Below are positions 49,142 to 61,693 of a stretch of 64,000 nt of DNA, in pieces. Numbering within the stretch: position 1 is the stretch's first letter; the number at the start of each line of letters is the position of its first letter. Source of the DNA: Thalia democratica (lineage: Eukaryota); the NCBI GenBank assembly GCA_965202585.1, contig OZ241831.1, positions 25,978,001-26,042,000 of the forward strand, in the 5' to 3' direction. Under the pieces are notes generated by a model. It searched no databases. It was not told where the DNA came from and saw only the letters and a list, made by a program, of their open reading frames with translations. A program made the position numbers and the translations under genes.

Positions 49142-52100
49142 GAGCTAAACTAAAGTATTCTCATTATTTTAAACACTACAGATTTTATTTAAATACTTTT
49201 GATTAAAAGCTATTCTAATTAACAACAGTTTACTTTGTTTTTTTATTACGCAATCACTTTGTAATACGCATTCGAAGATTTAATAACCCCTTCTGCAGCC
49301 AACATCAAGATTATAAGTTGACAGGCGCCTCTCATAATAACTACCAACAAACTTGACACAAAACTGATCAGATGAGGGTTTTCTTCGTCAGAGAACATTG
49401 AGAACCAAACAATAAGTTCCAACAGAACTAAAGTGTAAAGACTGACAATTTCAACGAAAAGAGTAACACTTACATCAGACATTTTTTTGAAAAAAGACAA
49501 ATTTAGAACGACAAATTTGGAATTAAAAAATTTTTAACAAAAATCATCACAATCGAATATGACTAAATAAAAAAGGGTTTTTAAGGTTTAAAATATTTTA
49601 AAAAATGTAAATAATTAGTGTTTCGCCTGTAAAAACTATTTTTTTAAATTTAATTCTAATGAACAAAAAATAGCTTTATATATTTTTTATTGAACGAAAA
49701 AAGCGCTAAAAACTTTGATCCAAGGACCTGGTTTACGAAAAAACATTTCGGTTATCGAGTCATACACCAGGATACAGTATGATGCCATGTCCAGGACAAT
49801 ATATAATTACATTATAAAAATGTAGTAGCTTTTAAATAACAATTAAATATTTAAATATTTTGACTAAGTATAAAACCTTTGTAAGGGTTGTCTGTGTATT
49901 ATAAAATTTAGGAAAAACATATAAATAAGTTGAAATATTTTTGTTGCTAGAACAATTTTTATTAATTCATACGTTATTTAACATAGCTTTTAGTACTACA
50001 GTGCCGTGTTGGGCATACAAGTTTTGAAACTATGGTCAGATTAGCATTTGACCGGCTAAGAACAAAACATCGTTTTTTTCTTTAAATGATATAACTATTT
50101 ATATTGTGCAATGCATGTAATAAAATGCATACTAAATTTTCCATTAACTTATTGTTTTTTTTTCAACAAACCAGACAATTAAAATAGACAAAAACAAACG
50201 AAACAAAACTTTGATAAAGTTTAAAATCAATTTAGCCTAAACAAATCACACCGTAAACAATCTAATTTATATTGGTTTTAAGTTTTAAAGTGAAAGCATT
50301 TGTTTTAGCTAGTTTAATTCAATCTGCCTCTCGACTAAAACAGGTCGGATCATTGAGGGCCGGGAAAGCAAGGATGCACTGTGTTTGGTTTTAGCTAACC
50401 GTTTTATAAAGGAAGAACTTTAAAAATTGTTACGTAGTGTTGCTACATAGGGTGTAACCGAAAACTTGCATTTTTATCAAATCAAAACTCATATATTTTT
50501 TTTCTTAATTCAAAACGATAATCAAACAATTATAAATCAAAGCTTTTTTTCTAATTTAAAACCTTAACAACTTTGTGTTAAGATAATAAAATAGTTAACT
50601 TAAGTTTACTTCTTAATAACTTCCTCTAGAAGTTAAGATCTTTTTATTAGTTTTCGCAAAATCAAAGCATATAAGATTAAGTTTACTTAATGTGAAATAT
50701 ACTATAAATACTTACAACAGTTTTTAGTTTTAAAAGAGATTTGATTTAGGTAATAAACAATTGAATAACTAAAAAATACCTTTTAACTACTTTCTTTTGT
50801 TAAATATTATGATAAGTCGCTGCTCAATAATACGCTATATAATGCCCTAGCAGACTTATACATTCAAAATTTGACAAGTGCTTCAGACTCCCACATAGTT
50901 TTTAGTCAAAAGCACTAGTGAAAAACCTACTAAACATTTTTTCGCAAAATAATTTTTTTCACCTGTAATGTAAATTAAATGACAATATAGCTGCGGAGGG
51001 TAAGCTGGAATCAAAACTACGACAATATAAAAAATTTGCTCAAAACTTTCAAAAGGCTCTCAAAAAGAGTATACGAAAATAAAAAAGTTGAGAAAAAAAA
51101 AAGCTAACTAGAAAAAAACAATTAAATATAATTTGAAACTTATTTTTAGTAAAACTATAAAACAAAGTATAACACCTTAAGTTATTTAACAAAAAGAACT
51201 TTAAAAGTATACTAAAATATTTTCATTATTTTTAAATGTATACTCTAACATTTCAAAAAGACTTTATTCAATATAAACATACTATTAAAAAGTACCTTCG
51301 TAACGCTCATTGGTGTTTATAATATAATAATAATAAAAGGCCCGCTATCAGGCGGGATCGGCTATTCGTAATTGTGCATAGCGAATAAATATAAATAAAA
51401 ATAACAAATTCAAAGCACAGTGATGCAATAAATAAAACAAACAGATAATAAATAAAAATACAAATAAATTAAACTTTGATATAAATCATAATGGTATTTC
51501 ATATATTTAGGTCAATAAAGTATAATCTAATGATATCACAAAAAGTTTTAACATTAAACTTTTAAAAGTTTTTTCAAAAAGGCGTAATTACGTGGAAGGT
51601 TGTACAAAGATTATTATTTTTTTTTTCATTTACGGCTACATTGTAAATATGAAGTTGTATTTTTAAAATAAATCATATAGTTTAAAAAAGAGAGTTATGA
51701 GAACAGTGAAACAAGTTGAGCGTAATAATGTGTATGGCGGATACCTCTGATTAAAATTATGATTATTTGTCTGTAAACTTCGTACAATATAAGTACTACA
51801 GATTTTATAAGTAATACAAAAGATTGTTAATATAAATAACAAAAAGTACAATAAGACTAGTAACTTAATAAACATTTACTGATTGTTTCAACCTTTTAAC
51901 CAAAAAGATATTTTATGTCTAAGTTAACTCTAAACGGTTTTCTAAATACAATCGTAATAAACAAAGTCTAATAACTCAATATTTCACAGGTGTTTATTAA
52001 TAGAGTTCTTATAAGAATACAATATATCCAAAATATTAAATAAGTTTTAAGGAAACACTATTTTCATATATGTTGTCAAATTCAAAGCTTCGTTTAATCA

Positions 52101-52145
52101 CGGAAATACAACATTATAGTGATTAGTTGATGTGATAATCTAAAT

Positions 52146-52445
52146 CAGGGTTTCCCAAAGTGGGCCATTACAGAAATTTAGAGGACAAGGGGCCGTGAGT
52201 AGTAAAGAGGCCACAGGGGGTGGGGTATGAGGCTATAATCTGAAACTTACACTAGATCTGAAATTTAGGAGACCATGAGCTGTAAAAGGGGAAAAACAAG
52301 GTAATGACTTGAAACTTATACTAGATATTTTTGAGTTGATTTGGTCTTAGGCGTATTTAAAAGTAATATTATGAAAGATTTTGAGAAGGGGACCGTAGTT
52401 TTTTTTTTTAAAGCGGGCCTAATGAAAAAAGTCTGGGAAAACCCG
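52146..52445. mobile_element. hAT (Charlie-like) MITE
   Basis: cagggtttccca ... tgggaaaacccg; perfect 8-bp TSD atctaaat. Confidence 0.85.
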
Positions 52446-54730
52446 ATCTAAATATTTTGGCTAATTTATTACGCAAAATTGAAAAAATACTGCTGTTTAA
52501 TGTTCTTTTGTATTATTAGGAGCTTTTTTTAAAGTTCATTGTAGTGTAAAACAAGTTTTATCACTACAATGTACATTGTAGGCTGAAAATGTTATAGTCA
52601 TTCTCATAATTTTTTTTTAACCTTAAAGTATCTTAAGTTAAAATTATTTGAAAAGAAACATATATGTACAAAACTTGTTTTAAAAATAAAAAAAGTAGAA
52701 TGTAGACAACTTTCTATACATTTTCTAAATGTCATTGCTAAATTGAAACCTTAAGTTTAAAAACCTAAATTTTGTTTACTATACATTAAAATTTTTTATG
52801 GTTATATAACAACTCAAAAAAAAAGATATATCTACTGCCAAAAGATTAGAATTCAGAACTTAGAATTAACTGAAGAGTTAAACATAAACTAGTAAAATTT
52901 ATTAATCAATTTAGTTGAATAACAGTATTTTTTAATAGTTTCTACGAACAACTGATTGGCAACTATATTTCAGACTACACCGGTACTTGATGTACTGCAA
53001 TTTGGCTGATCAGTTTAAAGTATAATACCAAAATGGTAAAGTTATACCTATAATAAATTTAGATAAGTTTATTTAAATAAAATTTTAGATTAACAGAAAC
53101 AAGTTTTTTTCTACCTGTTTCTAAACTAATAACATCAAAACTAAATTAAACCTTGACTTTAAACAAAATTAAAGTTTTACTAACTAGCGTCTAAAACCAC
53201 AAAATCTTAAAGTAGCTTGAAATGAATAAATAGTCTTTCACTTGGGTTATAAGTCTCGAATAAAAATTATTGTAGTGTAGAAGAATAAATTAAAGCCAAC
53301 ACATTAGTAAAGTTTCTTATATATCAGCAATTGATTATTATTATTTTGAGTTTGAACAAAACCACTTATATACTTAGTAAAATAAAATTTTACGCAAACA
53401 TAATTGAAAACTTAAAAATTTGTTTGGAATAATGTTTTTTACTAATACTAATAAAAAGTGAAAATAACTGGTGTTAATTTTTATTATTCTAAAGTTTAAA
53501 TTAATGAAAAAACATCGATTTAGTTAATACAACTGACCGACAGCAGAACTGATAGATTAATAAATTACGTTCAAAAATATTCTAATTAACTATTAAAACA
53601 TGTTGCGTCACAAAACTGCATATAATGTTCAAAAAGATTACACCTAGAACTTAATCAGGAAAATACTATAAGTACTGAACTACAAAAATATAAATAAAAA
53701 AAATTTAGATAAATTATTTTCATTGAAAAATTAGATAAAACATAGTTGAAAACATATAAATTTTCTTCTAAACTGAATAAATTTTAATTTCAGGAAACAT
53801 AAACAACATAATAAAATGCACAAAGTTATTATTTGTTTATTAAAATGTCTTAATTAGTACAATAATACTTTTTTAGTTACTGATTGTGTAAACAAAGTAA
53901 ATAAAAAATTTTAAACAAGTTCGAAATAGTATAACATAAAAAAAAGCTTAAAATATGTAATTTTAGAATTAATTATACATATAAGTCAAAGTAATGTTTA
54001 CAAAGAAATAAAAAAAATTACAAAGTTGAAATTAAAAAACTTTATTAATCTACTTGTCATGTTATAAAAAATATCTTAATGCTTGTGACTGAAAAACTTA
54101 AGGTAGTGTATCAGAATAATATTAGTTAAAAAAGCACGTTATTGACTAGCTTTAATTATCTAAAGTTTTTATAGCAAGTCATAAAAAAAATCTAAATTAA
54201 TTTACAAATTCATGATTTAATAAATACGCAAGACTTTAAAAAAATTGAAGAATATAAAAATAAGTAGAAAATTTTAGCTGTTCAAGTTATTACATATATC
54301 TATCAAATACAAAGGTCACAAAAATAGTAATTTAAAGATAGTATTGTAAAAATGATAATGCATAAAAATTTAATATGAACAGAACTGGCTACTATTTGCA
54401 TAAAAGGTGCAAATACTAAGTAGCCATGTAGATTTTTGAAAACTTGCAAGAAAAGGCAAAATGTCAAAAGGAAGATCAGAAACAATCTACTTAAAACGAG
54501 CGATAGATAATAAGCACCATATTAATATATAATATAGTATTCAGTACTTTTAAAAGGAAATTAGAAACAGATTTAGGCTAAAAATTGTTATTTTAAACTA
54601 TAACTACAAAGGAACTGTTTATCATTGAAAAATTGTGTCTCAAGTTAAATACTTTTAAGTCATTTAAAGTAAAAACACACTGAGTTTTTTTTTTCAAACT
54701 TTAGCTACCTTCAGCTAAACTTGACCAGGT

Positions 54731-57700
54731 TCAGGCGTCAATTTCTTCTGGGTTTTCTGTAAGCGGACTCAATTTACTCTTTGACTTAACAAAAGCGAGT
54801 CCATGACTTCTCATGTGGTGATCTAGCTCATCGCTGGTTTCAAAAACGCGAAAACATTCCTGATATACATTATTTGATATTTATGTGCAACTTACTCTGA
54901 AGACAAGAATAAAAGGCAGAATATTTCAATAATTACATAGAATGGAGTTATAAATAACTAGAAAATAGTAATAATTTATTGCCATAAATCTCTAAACAAC
55001 CTTACAAGTGAAGCTATTTACACACGTACTGGCACATTCACTAGAGTTGTTTAAATTGCCTGTTTCTTTTAAGACTTCGATGTTGTACTTCCTTAAAAGG
55101 TCAACATTTTTTATCTGGTAAATTGTAAAATGTAAATATAAAACGATGGTTGTTAAATCAAAAATTTCAAAAAAGTGTTTGGTCATGTATCCTTTAAAAG
55201 TACACGACTGTTTAAGTCTGACAATTCTAAAGTGTCAACTAAAACTACAACAACTAATACTAAGACAAATCTAATTACGACCAACTAAATTAGTATTAAA
55301 ACTTACGTAAATTTTTCAATCTCATGCAAAAACTAACCTTATGCTTCATTAAAAGGTGCAGCTTTAGGGAAAGTTCGCTCGAAAACGATTGTCCGCACTC
55401 GCTACATTGAACGCAACCGTCCTGCTTGTGCTGCTCGATGTGCATCTGAATGGAATTTGTTTTTTAAGCTTGTGAAACTATGCATATTAAAAGTATCAAC
55501 AAACCAGAAATTCAGCTTTCTTTTCGCAACTGAAGTCGCAAAGGCTGCACTGGAAACTTGAAGCTGATTCAAACTGTGAAAAATCGTTTTCAAGAGGCAC
55601 ATCTGGCTGTAAGATAAAAGTAAATAGTCTGTGTGGTTTATAAACCATGAACGTGAAATTAGAGTTAACGCCTATTAAGTTTAAATATGAACTAGTATTT
55701 ATAAATTACGGGTGATAAACTTACTTGTTTGTTGATGCTAGCACCATTCAACGTTTTAAAACTCTGTTTTACATGAGAACTTGTCATTGTCTTTTTAATA
55801 CTTGTCTTAGGTCGGGTTGTAACCTTCATTCGGGCTCGCTAGAAAAAGTAGATTTATAACAAATTTGAAAAACAAAAAGCTTAAACAAACTAACAGTTTT
55901 AGAAAGAGCTGGTTTTTCGTCAGGTTTTTCAGGCGAGCTGTCTTTGTAACTTTCATTTTCAGAGCTACTTTTTCTTCCTCCTAATGGTATTTTCAAAAAT
56001 TATTACTTTTATGGTAGCGTTAAATTTTACTTTCAATAAGGAGTTATTTTTTATTATTCTTCTTTATAATTTTTTTTTTGATCTAAATATAATCAATCTT
56101 AAAAATAATAAAATTTTGAGTAGTTGTTGCATTTAAACATACTGATTTGGGTTCGACTCTCTGCTTCAGATGTAGCTGGTTGTTCCGTATTCACATCATG
56201 GAACTGATTTAAATGCGCCTTTAGTGAAGATTTGCTCGTGAAAACTTCAGTACATAAACAACACTGTGGTTTAAAGACTTTTTAGTCATTGAGCTTTTTT
56301 TTTCAATTAACTTTTTAAAAACAGTAATATTTTGATGTTTACCTTTATCAACTAATTTTGAGGCACAAAAAGTATTAAATTTCCACTAAAACTGTGTTAT
56401 AGTCATTCATCATTAGCTTTTATACTATTTAAAAAACACGAAGATGGCTACAAAACCTGAAAACCGGTCTCTTTGTGTTCTGGTTTGTGATATTCTCGCA
56501 AGTGCTTCAACAAAAGTTCTTCAGAGTTCTTGTCGTCGTGAAACGCCGTTTTGCACAAGGGACACATGAGAAGAGACTCGCGAACTTTGTCCACCACTCC
56601 GTTTTTACCTTGACACAATCTGTTTTAAATGAATACTTTTTTTTTGCAATCTTACTTAGTTTAGATGCTGTAGTCGCCAGACATGATTATAAAAAAAATG
56701 TAACCAAGGAAATATAAGACTAATCTTATCTTATTTGTGCTTAAAATAGTATATATCTACATATAACATATTTCTTAGATTAAGGAGTAAAAAAAAAAAA
56801 CTAACTTTTCATGCTTATTAAGCTTCTTTTCTGTTGAATAAGCTTTACTACACGTAAGGCACTTTAAAAACTTCTTTCGATGAGTCTATGAACAAAATTT
56901 GTAGAATATAAAAAGAACATTGGAAAGCATTTGTTTTGAAAAAGTGTAAAAACACCAAATTTAAAACCTTGTTTAGTTAGTTGTAAAATAAATTATTTTT
57001 TATTGAGTTGGTATTTAGTTTTTTCTGTAGCTCATTACTACTGTTTGCATAACTTAAACATGATAAACAGCAACTAATGTCACAATCAACTGACGAGCAT
57101 GTGCTGATGATAAGATTCTGTAGTTTTTGAAACTTCATCGCACAAAGTGCACTTGTAAACGCTCGTCCTGCTCTGATGCATGCATTCCAACTTCAAATGA
57201 GTGTTAAACTCATCATCGTTTCTAAAAAAGTAAACTATATAAACTATCCTTTCACGAACGAAAAAAAAATTAAACATTTTCAAAAGTTTTAAACTCAAAT
57301 GCAATATCTAATGTTTTCTTTATACAACCAAATAAGCAACACCTACTAACAAATGAAAATTGAATATTTACAATTTGTTTAAGATTAACGTTTTACAATA
57401 ATACATTGCAAATAAAAATCCAAACCTCTGGTAGATGAGCCCGCACTCGGGACAGGTGTGGGGGGACATGCCCATATGGGTGCGCAGGTGGGCGCGGTAC
57501 ATGCAATCGTTGTTGAAGTTGGCGTGGCAACCGGCGGTGCTGGTGTGCTTGCACATGTGGATCATCTCGTCGGAGGAGCGCTGCATGTGAAGCTGAAGTG
57601 AAGGCAAGTCGGCGAACGAGGACGAGCATTCCGTGCATTTCTGAAAGTGGATAATTTCAAGATGGTAAAACTTTTAATTTTTTAGGATTGATTTGTCGAA

Positions 57701-59100
57701 ACTGTAAAGAAAACGACATGTTACATGCTTAAAGATAAAAGTTGACGACAATCAGCTGATTTGACTTTAATTAGTGATTAATAGAATGCAGCAATAGAAA
57801 ATATGTCAAAAATTAAAACTAAGTAGTGTTACTGGCCGTTTCTTAATACAACCTAATTATACTAGTTTCTACTGACGACTCTTAGGAATTAGAAATTAAC
57901 TGGTGCATTAAACTAAGCTGGTGGAAACTCTATGTGTCCTTTGTATAATTAAAAGTGATATCAAAATAGACTGAAACTGATTTATTAATATACATACTAA
58001 GTTTGTTTTAAATTTATCTATTTTTAGTATTTAGAGAATTTGTTAACTTACAAATTTGTCTTCAGATTTCCTTTTCTTCATTAAGTTTTGGAACTCGGAT
58101 AAAACATTTGAAGTAGTTTGTATTTTGTCAGGAGCTGGCTCTTTTACCGGAGTGGACGTAGGTTGGTAGGACTGTTGTCTCAAAAAATATTTTTTCTTTC
58201 GCGGTTTGCATTGGAGAATTGAAAGAGGTGAAATTCTTGGCATGGCAAATACAGAGCTTTCCCCTTTGTCTCGGTGGTTCCTGGCATGCCGCAATAGATC
58301 ACAGCGATTGTGGAAAACAAGCGTTTGTGAACATGAAATGCATTGTACCTTAACAAAATTTAAGTTAAAAACAAAATACTCTTAGAATGCGAATTTAACA
58401 TAATCGAAATCGATTGCATTTTAACTTAACACTTTGTTAGATTATATTTAAGTACTAAATATTAAAAATAACTACCAAATTTATTGAAAAAATATTACGT
58501 GAAATACATTCAATCTTATTAAGACGTTTTATTAGCATAATATGAGAACTTTTTAAGTTATATTAAAATTTTAAGGGACAAAAAAATTGCATAAGTTAAA
58601 ACGAATTGCATAAATTAAAATTTACTGATAAACTCAAAATAGTTTAATTGAGTATATAATACTTTGTACAGAAAACTTAAAAAAAGACAAACCTTTTTGT
58701 GCAATTTTCTTCAATGAAAAAATAATTTATTTTATTAATGATTTTTAGTCTCAATTTTATGAACAAATTTTATTAAATTTTTAATCATGTTAATCGTAAA
58801 AACTACTAAAATCGTAAGTGTTAAACTGTTGTTAAGTTAAATACAGTGAAATTTACATAGTAGTTTCGAAACTAAGACACCTTAACTCAAGCTTACAAAC
58901 AGCTATCTAATTATTTAAAAAATAGTCCACTTTCAATGCTTCACTAACCTTTATAACTAAACTTTTACGATCGTAATGATCTTCTAAACTTTGTTTAAAG
59001 TAAAAGGAATCACCACACTCGGCACAGCTATGCAGCTCGCGATCACCGTCATGCGGACATTTGTTTTCAGACGCAACAAAACTCTTGATAGCGTTTGGTG
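54731..59100 (-). CDS. Multi-C2H2 zinc-finger protein of the ZNF532/ZNF592/ZNF687 family, 3' 13 exons (5' partial)
   Basis: Exons 59100-58949, 58348-58052, 57640-57426, 57221-57095, 56885-56806, 56619-56457, 56263-56143, 55980-55895, 55838-55725, 55606-55505, 55445-55338, 55114-55001 and 54859-54731 (TGA). Family signatures CAECGDSF....SLEDHYDRKSL.IKVQC..C..TLVFHNRCDLLRHARNH and C-terminal HMRSHGLAF. Confidence 0.88.
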
Positions 59101-59857
59101 CTTGTAAGAAATTCGCAAATATTTTCTACAATTTTTATAGTTGAAGATGAACATTGATTTTCACAGTAACAAACAGTAAGTTTATAAAATAGTTAAAAGG
59201 TATGAAGTTCAGAAAACAATCAGTCTTAATTAAAAATTGATTTCAAGAAAAAACTAAACGATTTGTTGTCTTATTATATTTTGAAAATACCACAATTGTT
59301 ATGTAGTGACAACATATTATGACATTTATTTTTATCCTTTTAATTAAAGTTTTATAATATTTTAAAAATAAAAACAGATTAAGTTAAAATATAAATTCTT
59401 AGTACACTATACACTTTAGGTCTATTTATTTTCAATTACCAATTGTTTACGTGTTTTTTGTACTTTGGTTTTTTGCGTGCTTTTTGTTTTAATAAATAGT
59501 ATTAAGTTTAATTTTTTTATCTGTTAAATTAACTTTTTCTAAAAAAATTTAAGAATAGTTGAATGTTATAAGTCAGTTTGATAATGTAATAATCAAATTA
59601 AAAATTAACTAAATATACTTAAACTTATGATGATATTACTAAATAATTATGCATAGTAATAGGTTTATGTCCTAGACAAGACATTAAACGGTATCCGTGG
59701 TATGCTCGATAAGCGTAAGGTTCTTCGTGCACCAGGTCCTAGGACCAATAATTTTGAGCGCTTTTTTGTCATTTAATAAACTATATCTTAGTTTCATATT
59801 AATTTTTTGCTTTTAATATTGTTTATATTTGCGGTTCAAGTTTACCTATTTTAATAT

Positions 59858-59902
59858 TGAAGTTCTGATAAACCTTTATTATGTGAAACACTGTTAACTT
59901 CG
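59858..59902 (+). ncRNA. Hammerhead motif with a probable G8A change
   Basis: tgaagtt CTGATAA(59865) acctttattatgt GAAAC(59885) act GTT^aacttcg. Helix I is 7 bp; helix III aca-c-tgt is near-palindromic. Confidence 0.6.
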
Positions 59903-61302
59903 TGGCATATAATTGAATGAAATTTAACTATACATAGTACTAAGAAGGTATAAACCTTCATAAATTAACTCAGACTGTTTTTAGCGCTAGAAAATTTAAA
60001 TTGAAGAGTTAAAAATGAACAAAGTTTTTAAGCTTATTAATTACAGTGTAGAAATAGCTGGAACACAATTAAAGTTTTTACAAAAAGTATTAATCTAACA
60101 CTAGTATACTACTAAAAAGTAAAGTTATTATTAAAGTCTTAAAAATCAACTGTATGTTAACGTTGATATGAAACTAATTTAAGTAACTATTAAAACTGTT
60201 ACAAAAATACAAATATTGACGCTGATATGCTGCTAAAAGATAAAAGAAAAGTTTTAACAGTTCAAGTTCTTATTAATAGAAATTAATAACTTTTATAGTC
60301 AACGATAAAAATAAATTTAAATTGTCATTATTCGATAAAAAAAATTCTCCTTTAATTGTCAAGATTAAATATATATAGAACTATATTTAAATGAGATTAT
60401 TTTTTTGTTACTGTACAATTTACAACAAAAAAATCAAAATGAAAAATATCAAGTAATGTTTGATTTATAATGAAATAAACTTACAAAAGTTATAAGCCTT
60501 TTTTTTAGATGATTTACTTTTAAGAGAAATGAATTCTTTTTATAGAAAAAAATATTTGCCACTATATTTTAGGAAAATTCAGTTAATAAAGTCAAAGTAA
60601 ATAAATGTAAATCTTCGGTATTTAGAAAATTTGTTTTTAAACTACTATTTATTTTTTGTTAAAAAAGGTTAATCTACTGAAATACATACTTGGTCAATTA
60701 AAAAAAAAACTTTTACTTACGAAGCTGAAAGTAGCTTGATAGCACTAGTCTACTATAAGAAAATAATTATTTTACTAAGTTGTTAATCAATTGATACAAA
60801 TATTGAAAACTAAAATCATTCAATAAAAATAAGTTTTGTAAAACGTTTAAGCTATATCATTCAAAAATGTATACGGATAAAGTTTATAAAACTGAAATAG
60901 TTAAGTTCTTGACTTTTCTAAAAACTTAATGTAGTTTAGTTTTTAAATATTTTATACTAAACTTGATATATCTTTGGAATAGTTGATATTCATTAGTACA
61001 AAACTATTTTTTATTACTTTATAGTTTAATACCATAGACTAAAGACAGTTCAAATGTAAACTAGATTTAAATTTGACCATCATAATTTGGTCATAATTTT
61101 AGAGTAGTTTTTTATAGAAAAAATTAAATTTGTCTAAAATCGATGTAAACATATATTTAAAATACTAATGGTGGTTTTTGAAAAACCAAAAACTCTAAGC
61201 AAAAAATTATTAAATTTAGATTGGGTAATAAATAACTTAAATATACAATAAAAAACTTATACATTATTTGGAGTTTTATTAATTACAAAACATATTTAAA
61301 GT

Positions 61303-61693
61303 GGGTAGGTGTCAAATATGCACAGAGACACTTTTGCATGGCGTCACTTTTGCACGAGTTGAACTTATTTTTATTATCACTGTTACCCCTAACCCTGGTA
61401 ACTTTTTTTTTCTTCTACTTATTTTATAAATTTATTTTAATTTTATTTTTATATATTTTTCTTTTTTAACTATCACTGTTCTCCCTAACCCTTACCCTTG
61501 GTCGGTAACTTTGTTTTGTTTAAATCAATATATACTTTTTAAATTTAATTTTAATTCTTTTTTTTACTATCACTGTTACCCCTAACCCTTACAAAGTCAA
61601 GTACTTTATTATTAGTATTCTTTTTTTTCTTTACTCACGTGCAAAAATGACCTTTCGTGCAAAAAAGTCTTTGTGCATATTTTACCCGTCCCC
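61303..61693. mobile_element. Mutator-like MITE, family A
   Basis: gggtaggtgtcaaatatgcac ... gtgcatattttacccgtcccc; perfect 9-bp TSD atttaaagt at 61294-61302 and 61694-61702. Confidence 0.88.
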
